A DNA stretch of 64,000 nucleotides, from IMG/VR virus record IMGVR_UViG_3300049732_000141; one strand, given 5' to 3'. Position 1 is the stretch's first letter, and every line of letters begins with the position of its first letter. Of this stretch, positions 17,969-27,505 are shown piece after piece. Below the pieces are notes generated by a model, which did no database searches, had not been told where the DNA came from, and saw only the letters and a program-made list of their open reading frames with translations. This DNA comes from an uncultured virus (IMG/VR IMGVR_UViG_3300049732_000141) (taxonomy: Duplodnaviria > Heunggongvirae > Uroviricota > Caudoviricetes). Made by a program: the position numbers and the translations under genes.

Positions 17969-18535
17969 TTAGGACTTGGTCCGGGAGAGTTTTTCGCTCA
18001 GGAAGATGCGGACCCCCGGGATCTTGCTCCGCACCTCACTGATGGTCTTGGTCCCGCCGGTCTCCGGATCGGGCACCTCCACCTCTTCGATCTCGAACTC
18101 GCCTGCGAGTGCCTCTTCCTTCACGAAGGTCTTGAGGCGTCCCGCGATCTCGCTGGCCTTCAGGGCCAACTGGTCCTCCATGCCATTGTCGCGGAAGTAT
18201 TGCACGATCTGCTCCACGTCGGCAGCCCGAACGACGGGGAAGGGCTCGACGTTCTTGGACCACGTGAACCCGTGGGCCTTGACGCCATCGACGTTCAGGC
18301 CTTCCAGCCGCTCTCGGATCATGATGTCGAGCGCGTCGTAGGTCGTGTTCAGGGCCTTCAACTCGGCGGCCTTCTCCGCGATCTTCGGTTCGAGCGCGTT
18401 CAACTCCTCCATCAGTTCGGTGTGGGACTTGCCCTCCCGCTCCTTGATGGCTGCCGAGATGGCCTCGTCCCGCTCGGACGGCTGCACCGGGATCTTGCCC
18501 TTGAGGGCCTTGTATTTGCCGCCTTTACCTGCCAC
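17969..18535 (-). CDS. coiled-coil replication-module protein
   Basis: GAGGAGG RBS; coiled coil followed by a beta domain. Confidence 0.7.
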   Translation of the reverse strand: MAGKGGKYKALKGKIPVQPSERDEAISAAIKEREGKSHTELMEELNALEPKIAEKAAELKALNTTYDALDIMIRERLEGLNVDGVKAHGFTWSKNVEPFPVVRAADVEQIVQYFRDNGMEDQLALKASEIAGRLKTFVKEEALAGEFEIEEVEVPDPETGGTKTISEVRSKIPGVRIFLSEKLSRTKS

Positions 18536-18767
18536 TCCATCCTCCTCTCGCGAGGGCCCGGCCATACCGGATCACCCCGTCCATCGTCACGCCCGCGAGG
18601 GCGCACCAGAATTCCAGATCTTCACTCGGCTCCGTCAAAAACCGCCGGGCGTCCTCGGTGTCTTCCCACGAGGCCATCGAGCCGGGGTGCCGTTCGACCG
18701 TATGGCTGACGGCATCTTCCATTGCCCGAATCAAGACCGCCGCAGCCAGCCATCGGTAATCGTTCAA
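18525..18767 (-). CDS. hypothetical protein
   Basis: GGAGG before TTG; LAAAVL..A..D..A..F..C pattern. Confidence 0.65.
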   Translation of the reverse strand: MNDYRWLAAAVLIRAMEDAVSHTVERHPGSMASWEDTEDARRFLTEPSEDLEFWCALAGVTMDGVIRYGRALARGGWSGR

Positions 18768-18779
18768 CGTCGCCTCCAC

Positions 18780-18795
18780 TGCACTTCCCGTGCCA
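18780..18795 (-). promoter_or_regulatory. sigma-54 promoter P8
   Basis: TGGCACG-GGAA-GTGCA, intergenic. Confidence 0.65.
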
Positions 18796-18859
18796 ACTGA
18801 TGTTCACCGAATCGGCCATGTTCACCACAGAGTGAACATGCGAACGTCCATAACGCTGG

Positions 18860-20413
18860 TCACTCTGACGTCAGGACGTGACGCCACGTGGCGGCAGTCC
18901 AGCGTGCGATGTCGTCCTTGGCCCGCAGAGCGGCCAGCTTGTGATGGTCGATGGTCCTCTGCCCCTTCGGGCCCGTGGCGATCACGTCCACGTAACGGAT
19001 CTTGTTCACCTGCCCCGGCCGGTCGATGCGCCCTCGGGCCTGCAGCCAGACCCGCAGCTTCGGGTCGAGGCTCAGGGTGGCCGCGAGGCTGGCCCCGGCG
19101 AGGTTCAGGGCGGCCCCACCGGCCGAGGCGTTGCCCGTGACGGCCACGCGCCCCTTGGGCTGGTATTCGGGGGCCAGCACGCGCACGGCGGCCTCCCGTT
19201 CGGCCTTGGGCTGGCTTCCGTAGAGCCGGTGGCTCTCCCACCCGGCTGCCTCCAGCCGTGCAGCGCAGCGCTCCACCTCGGCGCGGAACAGGCACCACGT
19301 GAGCAGGCGCTCGGGGGCGTTGCCCGGTTGCGCCAGCCAGTCCATGTAGCCGTCGATCTTTTCCGAGGAGATCTCCTTGGCGGGCTCCGGGTCCTCCATG
19401 AACTCGCCGGTCTCCGGGTCCATCTTGTGGATGCCCCCGAGGTAGCCGCTGGTGATCTGCGAGAGGCGCATGAACTTGACGAGCGCCTGCGAGGCCAGCG
19501 CCGCCCGCTCCATGCCGTCCTTCTCGACCTTATCGAGCCAGACAACCATGTCGTCCCGCATCTGGCGGTAGATGGCCCACGTCGAATCGGTGAGCTTCAC
19601 CTCGATGGTGACCGGGTCGAGGATCTCCGGCAGGTCGAAGCAGTCGCGGGTCTCGCGGCGCAGGACGAACGGCCTGATCTTCTCCCGGAGTTCTTCGAGG
19701 TTTTGCCAGCCGGTGATGAGCGGGAACGAGACGTTCGGCTTCAGGATGGCATAACGCGCCCGGAACTGCATGTAGCCGGTCCAGCACACCTTGCCCCGCA
19801 GGTTCCGATACTGCGTGCAGAGGATTTTCGGGTGGAGCAACCGCATCTGCGCGTAGAGGTCGAGCGGGTTGTCGGCAATTGGCGTGCCGTTGAGGATGAC
19901 GACCCGCTCCGACTGCACGCGGATGGCGTTGCACGCCTTCCACTGCTTCGTGCTGTGGTCCTTGAGCGCCCACCCCTCGTCGCACACCAACCAGACCCGG
20001 CGGCCCTTGAGGACTCTCTGCAGGTCGGCCAGCCGGTCGTCGCGGCGCACGAACTCGTAGTTCGTGACGATCCACGTCAGTCCGTCGCTGCGCTTCCGGT
20101 GGATGTCTTTCGGCCGGTGCGTCGAGTATTCGACGACGTCGTTCTGCACGCGGTCCCACCCGTGCTTGGCGATCTCCCCGATCATCGGGTCGGGGTTGGC
20201 CCACACGACGCGGGCGAACGCCGGGGCGACCACCACGACGGTATCGATCACTCCCTCCATGAAGAGGGCCTGAGCAGCGTCGATGACCTGCTTGGTCTTG
20301 CCCGCACCGACCTGATCGAACAGGGCGAAGAAGAGGTTATCGATCAGCGCCTGCGTCCCCGCGATCTGGTGCTGACGCGGCTTGGTCTTGGCGAGGCTCC
20401 AGTCGATGGTCAC
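18860..20413 (-). CDS. SNF2-family (SF2) helicase
   Basis: GAGKT, NYE, CDEG, LNGTP, QARGRIDRPGQ. Confidence 0.9.
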   Translation of the reverse strand: MTIDWSLAKTKPRQHQIAGTQALIDNLFFALFDQVGAGKTKQVIDAAQALFMEGVIDTVVVVAPAFARVVWANPDPMIGEIAKHGWDRVQNDVVEYSTHRPKDIHRKRSDGLTWIVTNYEFVRRDDRLADLQRVLKGRRVWLVCDEGWALKDHSTKQWKACNAIRVQSERVVILNGTPIADNPLDLYAQMRLLHPKILCTQYRNLRGKVCWTGYMQFRARYAILKPNVSFPLITGWQNLEELREKIRPFVLRRETRDCFDLPEILDPVTIEVKLTDSTWAIYRQMRDDMVVWLDKVEKDGMERAALASQALVKFMRLSQITSGYLGGIHKMDPETGEFMEDPEPAKEISSEKIDGYMDWLAQPGNAPERLLTWCLFRAEVERCAARLEAAGWESHRLYGSQPKAEREAAVRVLAPEYQPKGRVAVTGNASAGGAALNLAGASLAATLSLDPKLRVWLQARGRIDRPGQVNKIRYVDVIATGPKGQRTIDHHKLAALRAKDDIARWTAATWRHVLTSE

Positions 20414-21393
20414 TGCTGCGCCCTCCGTGGGAAGTTCCCCTTGGCGGCTTCCGCGCAGATGCGCCGGGCCTCCATGTTGATGCCGGTCGCCTCGGTGGCG
20501 ATCCAGTTGAGGTCCCGCTGCTTCATCATCCGGAGCAGCGTGCCCTTCCACTTCTTGCCGAAGTTGATCACGGCCTCGCCGTCCTTGTTCCAGAGGATCT
20601 TGCCGTCCCGGTCCACGGCGTTCGGGTCACGGGGCCACTGCAGGTCGTGCAGGGACTGGACGCTGCGGGGCAGATTGAACCGGAGAATCTGCGCCATGAT
20701 CACGTCGCGGGAGACCTGCACGTCGTAGAGCGCCCGGTGCGCCCCCTCGGCCTTCCGCCCGAGGAAGTATTCGCTGGCGTCCGACAGCGTGCGGGCCTGC
20801 CCGACCTGCCACAGCCGGTAGCCGTCGAGGATGCGGGCGTCGTCGTAGGACCACTTCATGCCCGTGCGTTCGAACTCCGCCTGCATGAGCGGCAGGTCAT
20901 AGTGCTTGAGATTGAATCCGCCGAAGTCACAGCCGGTGAACCCGCCGTGCAGGTTCTCCGCCAGCCGGGCGAACGTCGGCGCGTCCTTGACCATCTCATC
21001 GGTGATGCCGTGGCCCGGGTAGTCCTTCCCATTGCCGTGGCTGGCCTCGTGCGGAATGGGGACGGTCGGGTTGATGTATCCCTGCCATTCCTTCACCGTG
21101 CCGTCCGGCTTGATGAGAATGAACCCGAGTTCGCAGATGCGGTCCTGTGCCGGGTTGGGGCCCGTCGTCTCGGTGTCGAACAGCAGGAGCGGCCGGGTGA
21201 TGGCCAGCAGGTCCATGATCGACGCCGGGAGCGGAGCCTGCTCGTCGAACAGCCCCGGCTCCGTGGGAGGAGCCGAGGGCGTCCTCTCCTCGGGACCTGC
21301 GACGGCCTCTTGGCCGTTCGGATGGGCCGGGCAGTAGATCTCGCCCTCCGGGGCCATTGCGACACACGTGGGAACACCGCAGGGCTTCGTCAA
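20410..21393 (-). CDS. DnaQ-like DEDDh 3'-5' exonuclease
   Basis: FDTETTG, N...YD, HRALYD. Confidence 0.9.
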   Translation of the reverse strand: MTKPCGVPTCVAMAPEGEIYCPAHPNGQEAVAGPEERTPSAPPTEPGLFDEQAPLPASIMDLLAITRPLLLFDTETTGPNPAQDRICELGFILIKPDGTVKEWQGYINPTVPIPHEASHGNGKDYPGHGITDEMVKDAPTFARLAENLHGGFTGCDFGGFNLKHYDLPLMQAEFERTGMKWSYDDARILDGYRLWQVGQARTLSDASEYFLGRKAEGAHRALYDVQVSRDVIMAQILRFNLPRSVQSLHDLQWPRDPNAVDRDGKILWNKDGEAVINFGKKWKGTLLRMMKQRDLNWIATEATGINMEARRICAEAAKGNFPRRAQQ

Positions 21394-21809
21394 TCTGCCT
21401 CCTCATGGTCCATGACAATCTGCACCTTGATGAACTCTGCGAGTTCCTCGTAGGTCGAAAAGATCACACGAGGCTTGGGCTCACCTCGGGACGGAAAGAT
21501 GCGGGGCCACAGTTGACTAGCGATGTCCCGAGGGGTCCAGACTTCTAGCCAGTTCTGATCCATCTTGATGATCCAGCAGAGGCCGTTGCTGGCCACAGAA
21601 AGTTGGTGGCACATCAGCACCTGTCTCTTGGATTTTTCGCTGCGGGCATTGAGCTTTTTACTCTCGATCCACGCAGTGCGGCCCATCCATGTGATGGAGA
21701 AGTCGGGGATGCCGGTCGTGGCCTTGTCGGCGTGCTTGATCCGGACAGAGCCCGGCATCTTCGCCCGGCATGCTTTCATGAGGCTGACGGTGCGGTCTCG
21801 TTCGCTCAC
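21390..21809 (-). CDS. PD-(D/E)xK nuclease (VRR-NUC/resolvase-like)
   Basis: GIPD...WIESK...Q. Confidence 0.75.
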   Translation of the reverse strand: MSERDRTVSLMKACRAKMPGSVRIKHADKATTGIPDFSITWMGRTAWIESKKLNARSEKSKRQVLMCHQLSVASNGLCWIIKMDQNWLEVWTPRDIASQLWPRIFPSRGEPKPRVIFSTYEELAEFIKVQIVMDHEEAD

Positions 21810-21988
21810 TGCGGCCTCCCCTGCCAGCCCGGGTTCCGGCCCTTCAGCCCCTCGGGCACGAAGCGCTCATCGCCCTCCTGCCAAGGATCGTTAGCCCGGC
21901 GGCCTTCCAGACGCAGGCAGACCGCGCACCGCTCGTAGCAATCGAGCGTGCGAACGCAGGCCCAAATGTGACCGTTGGGAGGCATGAT
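21806..21988 (-). CDS. small hypothetical protein
   Basis: Fills gap between polymerase and nuclease genes; start uncertain. Confidence 0.4.
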   Translation of the reverse strand: MMPPNGHIWACVRTLDCYERCAVCLRLEGRRANDPWQEGDERFVPEGLKGRNPGWQGRPQ

Positions 21989-21998
21989 GTCAGGGAGT

Positions 21999-23987
21999 TT
22001 AGCCACCGGACTTTGCCTCCGCCCAGTTGGCTCCCGACCGCACATCCCAAATGATCGGAACGCGGAGCGGGTGATACTGCGTATTGAAGCACTCGATGAT
22101 CTGCGGCATCTTGCTCGGGTTCCTGAAGTCGCCGTTGAACTCGTCGTGGACGGTGAAGCGCGGGGTGATCTCCAACTGATGCCGGTTCCGATGGAGCGCC
22201 ACGAGCACGAGCTTGTTGATGTCGGCAGCCGACCCCTGAATCGAGCGGTTGAGGGCCGAGTAATGCCGGTCGTGAGGCCCGAACCGGGCCCGGCGGCCGA
22301 GGACCGTCTTGACGTAGCCCCTGTGGCGCAGGCCCCGGCGGTAGAAGTCTCGGCACGCCCGACCGCAGCCTCTGTCGCCCTCCTTGTGCCCGGGCATCGC
22401 CAGATGGCTGGCCAACTGCAGCGTGGGTTTCACCGTGGGGAACATGCCGTGATAGGTCTCCGAGAGCTTGACCACCTCTTGGAACTTCGGGCCGCCCGCG
22501 TCGAGCGGTTCGTCCATCGCCGGGATCTGATTGGCGGGCACCTTCAACTGGGAGGCCAGCTTGCGAATGCCCGCGCCGTAGACCTGCGCGAAGTTGACGG
22601 CCTTTGTATCCTCGCGGATCAGGTCCTTGCCGGTGAACTCGTTGATGAGTCGCTGCACGAGTTCGTGGTAGTCCGTCTTGGCGTCCGTGCGATACGCCTC
22701 GATGATCTTCTTGTCCCGGGACTTGTCACCGAAGATGCGATATTCGATCTGGCTGGCGTCCGCCGATCCCCACAGGCCTTCCTGCGGCACGAAGAGTTCC
22801 CGGATGATGTATTTCTTCGTGAAGGACTTCTTCTGGCGCTTCACACCGAAGACCTGCTGGACGTTCGCGCCCTCCTGCGGGTTGGGAGCCGCCGAGGAGA
22901 ACCGGCCGCTGACCGCGCCCCCGCCGCCGTCTTCGTCCTCCCGCTGGAAGGGCAACTGGTGCAGTTCGTAGCGCAGGATGCCGTCGCGGGAGGTGCTGCT
23001 CTGATACTTGAGCAGGAACTTCGACCGCAGGCTGGCGAGTTGCTTGGCCTCCCGCAGGTCCTGCACGGTCGGATGTTCGATCTTCTCCAGCAGCGAGTCC
23101 GCGAAACTCGGCTGGCCCGTTTCCGGGTCGAGGGGCACCTCGATCTTGAGGTTCTTGAACATCCGCATGATGTCGTCCCGGGAGTCCGGGGTCGCCAGCT
23201 TGTGGCCCGCCTTCTGGATGCGCCACATGACCGCTTCGAGATCCCGCTGAGATTCCTCGCACCAGAGGTGCAGCTTCTCTTGATTGATCGGAGCGCCGTT
23301 GTGCTCCATCTCGACGACGGCCGGGATGATCTGCTCTTCGAGTTCCCGCACCCGGTGCAGGTCCTCCGCCGTCAGTTGGGGCCACATGGCGGCTTTGAGC
23401 CGGGCGACGGTCGTGACGTCATGGATGGCCCGGTGCGCGATCAGCCCGGCAGGGTAGTCCGCGAACTTGGTGGGGTCCAGCACGAACCCGTTTACCGTGG
23501 TCATCTTCCCGGCCGGGTCCTTCAGGATGTCGCGGGCGAGGACTTCCTGATTGAATCGCTGCCGGTGATCGTCGAGCAGCGCCGCGTAGTGCGCGACGTC
23601 CCCGAACGTGCAGCCCAAGTCGTCGAAGTTGACCCCGTCCCGCCGGGCCAGATGCAGGTCGAACTTCGTCCGGATGTTGGTGATCTTCTTCCCGGCCAAC
23701 TCGCCCTTGCACCACCGGAAGAACGTCGCCGGATCAATGTTGGGGCCGACCCGATGGCGCACGGGGAAATACCACGACCGGCCGTCGTCGGTGAGGATGG
23801 CTCCGCCGATGAGCACGTCGCCATCCCACCAACGAACGCCGGTGGATTCGAAGTCCATGAACACCTCGGAGACCCCGTGCAGACTGGGGAGTTCCGGGAG
23901 ACGCCACTCGGAGACGGATTCGTGCATCTGGTCCCTATAGAGGCCATCGAGAAAGTTGCCCTGCCCGGGGTCCTTCGTGCGTGCCAT
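21999..23987 (-). CDS. polA: family A DNA polymerase with N-terminal 3'-5' exonuclease
   Basis: DFEST exo I; SGRFSS; DASQIEYR (A); R...KAVNFAQVYG (B); NRSIQGSAAD; VHDE (C). Confidence 0.95.
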   Translation of the reverse strand: MARTKDPGQGNFLDGLYRDQMHESVSEWRLPELPSLHGVSEVFMDFESTGVRWWDGDVLIGGAILTDDGRSWYFPVRHRVGPNIDPATFFRWCKGELAGKKITNIRTKFDLHLARRDGVNFDDLGCTFGDVAHYAALLDDHRQRFNQEVLARDILKDPAGKMTTVNGFVLDPTKFADYPAGLIAHRAIHDVTTVARLKAAMWPQLTAEDLHRVRELEEQIIPAVVEMEHNGAPINQEKLHLWCEESQRDLEAVMWRIQKAGHKLATPDSRDDIMRMFKNLKIEVPLDPETGQPSFADSLLEKIEHPTVQDLREAKQLASLRSKFLLKYQSSTSRDGILRYELHQLPFQREDEDGGGGAVSGRFSSAAPNPQEGANVQQVFGVKRQKKSFTKKYIIRELFVPQEGLWGSADASQIEYRIFGDKSRDKKIIEAYRTDAKTDYHELVQRLINEFTGKDLIREDTKAVNFAQVYGAGIRKLASQLKVPANQIPAMDEPLDAGGPKFQEVVKLSETYHGMFPTVKPTLQLASHLAMPGHKEGDRGCGRACRDFYRRGLRHRGYVKTVLGRRARFGPHDRHYSALNRSIQGSAADINKLVLVALHRNRHQLEITPRFTVHDEFNGDFRNPSKMPQIIECFNTQYHPLRVPIIWDVRSGANWAEAKSGG

Positions 23988-23994
23988 GCGCTCC

Positions 23995-24564
23995 TTAGAT
24001 CATCCGGGCAGCTTCGACGTTCAGGTTCAGGCTGTCCCGCGTCATCTGAGTGTAGTCGAAGATGACCACATTCTGGTAGCGAGAAAGTGCGTCCCTCACG
24101 AGGGTCCAACGGTGATGGGCCTCCAACAGGAACGCCTCCGTTTGGAAGGCTGGCCGCTCCCGGCCGGGCTGCTGGACGTTCTGGAGGGTCACCTCGTAGG
24201 GCGGCAGGCAGATGATGACCGGCACCCTGAGTTCCTCCAACGTCTGGTTGATCGCCAGCGTTTCGAGGGCGTCCACACCGGCTGCCGCTCGGAGCATGGG
24301 CCCGTAGACGATCTCCGAGAGGTGGAAGCGGTCGAAGGCGATGGGTTCCGAGAGGTGGGCTGCCACCTGATCGAGGTAGGCGCGAACCGCCGGTCGGTTG
24401 CCCGCCCACCCCTCCGTGGCCTGATCGCTGCAGGTCCCATCGGCAGCCGTGGCCCCGACGCCCGCCCTCAGCGCCCGGAACTTCCTCGGGGCCAGCCCGA
24501 GGCCGTCGATGACCGTGGATTTGCCCCCTCCGTCAGGTCCCTCGACGATGACGAGTCGCTTCAT
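23995..24564 (-). CDS. P-loop deoxynucleotide monophosphate kinase (thymidylate kinase-like)
   Basis: VEGPDGGGKST, FDRFHLSEIVYG. Confidence 0.85.
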   Translation of the reverse strand: MKRLVIVEGPDGGGKSTVIDGLGLAPRKFRALRAGVGATAADGTCSDQATEGWAGNRPAVRAYLDQVAAHLSEPIAFDRFHLSEIVYGPMLRAAAGVDALETLAINQTLEELRVPVIICLPPYEVTLQNVQQPGRERPAFQTEAFLLEAHHRWTLVRDALSRYQNVVIFDYTQMTRDSLNLNVEAARMI

Positions 24565-24755
24565 CGGTAGCCTCCCCTCCGTGGCTGGACGTTGGAGATC
24601 CAGTCCGCCAGCCGGTTCCACGTGCGGTAGCCGAGTTGATACCCGCCGACGATGGCCGTCATGAGCAGACCAACGAGGAAGGGCACGAACACGATGATGA
24701 ACATGATCAGCGCCACGACGAGGCGCGGGATCACGGTGAAGAACAGGAATTTCAT
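24561..24755 (-). CDS. small membrane protein
   Basis: Long hydrophobic segment. Confidence 0.6.
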   Translation of the reverse strand: MKFLFFTVIPRLVVALIMFIIVFVPFLVGLLMTAIVGGYQLGYRTWNRLADWISNVQPRRGGYR

Positions 24756-25015
24756 GTTGTCCTCCCGGGCAGGCGGCCCAAGGCAAGGGGGATCTGGACT
24801 TGACCCGTGGTGGGATCAACGACCGGCAGGCCGGTCAGTTGATAGGTGTTCCCGCAGCCGAGGCACCCGACGCCCGCGCCGGGCTTGCCGTGGAGCAGGT
24901 GCGTCCGCCCGCAGGGCGAAGGGCACGTGACGTTGGTCGCCACGAACCACTCGCCTACGGTTGGCTGTCCGATGATGGCTTCCGGCCTGCCGATGAGAGA
25001 AGGCCCTCCGCTCAT
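24752..25015 (-). CDS. Zn-ribbon hypothetical protein
   Basis: CPSPC...CLGC; ATGA overlap. Confidence 0.55.
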   Translation of the reverse strand: MSGGPSLIGRPEAIIGQPTVGEWFVATNVTCPSPCGRTHLLHGKPGAGVGCLGCGNTYQLTGLPVVDPTTGQVQIPLALGRLPGRTT

Positions 25016-25467
25016 GAGGCCTCCCACTCCACCGGAGCCGTGGGAATCCGGTCGCCCCGATTGGTCCCGTTGAACACGACGATCATCGTCGGGAAGGGGC
25101 AGACCGCGTCGGCTCCGACGTGGCGCACCTTCGAGTGCATGACGAGGACTCGGGACGCGTGACCGAGGGCGAGTTGTTTGAAGTAGAGCGTGCCCATCGT
25201 GTCGAGCCGCAGCACGGCAGCGAACGGGCGCTTGTGATGTCCGGCCATGCCCCGGGCGCGGGACAGCCGATCCTTGTCCGTTTCGTCAGGGATGCCGAGA
25301 GGATGGACGAACTCGGCTCCCGGCACGAGCCGGGCGAGGATCGCCAGCGTTTCCTCGTCGTAGGGCTGCGCTCCACGGCCGGTGGTCAGGTGGCAGGACG
25401 GTTCGGGGGCTTTCCCCGCAGCCGCTGCCCCGGCTGCCATGCGCTTGCGACGTCGTCGGTTGCTCAT
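25012..25467 (-). CDS. possible degenerate phage Dam-type MTase-like protein
   Basis: C-terminus T.YF...CPFPTMIVVF resembles phage N6-adenine MTases, but no NPPY. Confidence 0.4.
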   Translation of the reverse strand: MSNRRRRKRMAAGAAAAGKAPEPSCHLTTGRGAQPYDEETLAILARLVPGAEFVHPLGIPDETDKDRLSRARGMAGHHKRPFAAVLRLDTMGTLYFKQLALGHASRVLVMHSKVRHVGADAVCPFPTMIVVFNGTNRGDRIPTAPVEWEAS

Positions 25468-26537
25468 ACTTCCTCCTTGATCCGAAGCAGCCCGGCCTGC
25501 TTCAGTCGGGAGACGAGGGATGCCGGGTGGGCGACCTTCAGTTCGATCATCTGCTGGCGGGTGGCGTCGGCCAAGGCCGACGCGCTCATCGCGCCGTGGG
25601 CTTCGAGGGTGCTGCGGATCAGTTGCGCCGCTGCAGAGCGGGGCCACTGCTCGGCGTTGCCGGGGTCGAGTTCGAGGAGGGCTCCGGGCTTGCGGCTGCT
25701 AACTCGGCGTTCCGCCGCCGCTGGCACGTCACGCACGGGGGCTTCCACATGGGTTCGCTCGGCAGGCTCTTCGGCTGCGCGAACAGGCCCCACCGGCTGC
25801 ACAGGCTCTTGCCGTTCCGAAAGTAGTGTTCTTTGTTCGCGTTCAGGAGCCAGTTCCAGCCTTCCGATGTTGTCCTCGTCATAGTTGACTCCGATGAAGT
25901 AGCGGAGGTGGTCGCTGAACACGCAGATCATCAGCACGCGCTTCTCCGCGTAGACGCGCTTCGCAGCTTCGTGCGTTGAGTCGGCCGTGGGGAACGGACC
26001 GATCACCTCGGACTTGCCGCCCTCCTTGGTGATCACGAGGCTGTAGGGCCCGGGGTGCCGGTCGTAGACTTCTCGCAGGTCCATACGTTTCCTTCCTGAC
26101 CACCAGTGCTCGACCAGCTTCCGGAGCGTGGTCCTGAACTCCGGGCCGTGCTTGCAGCGCCGACCGTGCGCCCGGTCGGCAATCGTATGCGCCACCTCGT
26201 GGAGCGCCAACCCGACCCGCAGGCAGCCGATCCTGCCGCCGGGCGTGCTTGGCAGCACGATCCGCCGGGCTCCCGCCCGGCCACGCACCCCGCGCCGAAA
26301 CACGATCTTGACCGGCCCGTATCGCGGGGCCAACGGCCGTGGCGGCCAGATCCCCATCTCCAGCGCGTCCGTCATCATAACGATGGCCTCCTCCTGAGTG
26401 CAAGGAGTGCCGTGCGCCGCGACGAGCGGCTTGAGCCAACCTTCGCGCCGGGCCTCCGAGACGACCCGCGTGTATTCACCGATCAACGTGGCCTCGGCCC
26501 GGCCGCCGATGCGGAACGGGCGCGGGAGGTCCGGCAT
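25464..26537 (-). CDS. SprT-like HExxH zinc metalloprotease fused to unknown C-terminal domains
   Basis: ALHEVAH...HGPEF. Confidence 0.7.
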   Translation of the reverse strand: MPDLPRPFRIGGRAEATLIGEYTRVVSEARREGWLKPLVAAHGTPCTQEEAIVMMTDALEMGIWPPRPLAPRYGPVKIVFRRGVRGRAGARRIVLPSTPGGRIGCLRVGLALHEVAHTIADRAHGRRCKHGPEFRTTLRKLVEHWWSGRKRMDLREVYDRHPGPYSLVITKEGGKSEVIGPFPTADSTHEAAKRVYAEKRVLMICVFSDHLRYFIGVNYDEDNIGRLELAPEREQRTLLSERQEPVQPVGPVRAAEEPAERTHVEAPVRDVPAAAERRVSSRKPGALLELDPGNAEQWPRSAAAQLIRSTLEAHGAMSASALADATRQQMIELKVAHPASLVSRLKQAGLLRIKEEV

Positions 26538-26572
26538 GATGGCCGACGTTTCACGCTGCTGCCCGGTTCGTC

Positions 26573-26743
26573 TCAACTCCGCCTCGCTGCTTCGAGGGCT
26601 GCCCGCACTTCCTTGATGACCGCCGGATCGACCACGGGGCTCATCTCCCGGGAATCGCGCCGCCACTGCCCGTAGACGATCCCCCGGCGGATCTCGTAGA
26701 GGAATCCGTCGTCCAGACGAACCTGACGTGAGGCTGCTGCCAT
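26573..26743 (-). CDS. small hypothetical protein
   Basis: GGAGG RBS after promoter P5. Confidence 0.65.
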   Translation of the reverse strand: MAAASRQVRLDDGFLYEIRRGIVYGQWRRDSREMSPVVDPAVIKEVRAALEAARRS

Positions 26744-26767
26744 AGGGTTCACCTCCGTCATGTGTGA

Positions 26768-26783
26768 TGCAAGTCCCGTGCCG
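26768..26783 (-). promoter_or_regulatory. sigma-54 promoter P5 (leftward)
   Basis: CGGCACG-GGAC-TTGCA. Confidence 0.7.
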
Positions 26784-26913
26784 TCGAGCACGCGCCTGAA
26801 TCCGGGGCACGGCCCCGAGGGCGATGACAACGTTCGTGGTCACTCTGACAATTCTGTCGTCCCCTCCCGGGGACGCCCTCGGGTCCAGCCCGCGTTTCCG
26901 GGCCGATTCCGGT

Positions 26914-26929
26914 TGGCACGGGTCGTGCA
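26914..26929 (+). promoter_or_regulatory. sigma-54 promoter P6 (rightward)
   Basis: TGGCACG-GGTC-GTGCA. Confidence 0.65.
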
Positions 26930-27316
26930 TCACACACTGGCGTGAAGCGCGATGGCGACAAGTGGCTCGGGGTGGTTGGCGCGGCTTACTTCCTCGGGAC
27001 CATTCTGATGTCGATTCTCTTGTAACGGGTCCGGGGTCCCGTTGTATGATCCCCGGTGAAGGAGGGGGTCATGGACCTTGGTCGATTGAACCGACGAATG
27101 GCGGAAGCCGGGGACGTGCTGGAGGCTGCGGCCGAAGGCCGGGACTTCCTCGGTTCCATTCAAGAACGGAGGAGCGATGACACCACTGAAGGATTGCCGA
27201 TTCGCAGTCTACGGGAGCGTCGACTACGACTTCTTCTACGCCCGGGGTTGGCGCATCAAGACTGACGCGCCCGCGCCGAAGGCCGGGGACGTCGTGACGA
27301 TGGTGCGGAGGGCGTC

Positions 27317-27505
27317 ATGAACCGCCGGGAGTTCTTCCTCGACGCAGCGAAGCGGGCCCTCGACCGGGTGGACCCGAAGGACCGGGCGGAGATCCAGCGC
27401 CACCTGTCGGGCCTCGACGGCGGCCGTTGGGCCGGGTTGCGGCCTACGGGGGACGCGGGCCGGGACCGGCTGGTGGCCGCCCGGCTGAACCTCGGACGAA
27501 CGTAA
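27317..27505 (+). CDS. small hypothetical protein
   Basis: GGAGG RBS, ATGA overlap. Confidence 0.55.
   Translation: MNRREFFLDAAKRALDRVDPKDRAEIQRHLSGLDGGRWAGLRPTGDAGRDRLVAARLNLGRT

Noticed and set aside
18800..18845. LexA box
   Set aside because: GTTC/GAAC spacings match neither GTTC-N7-GTTC nor GAAC-N4-GTTC
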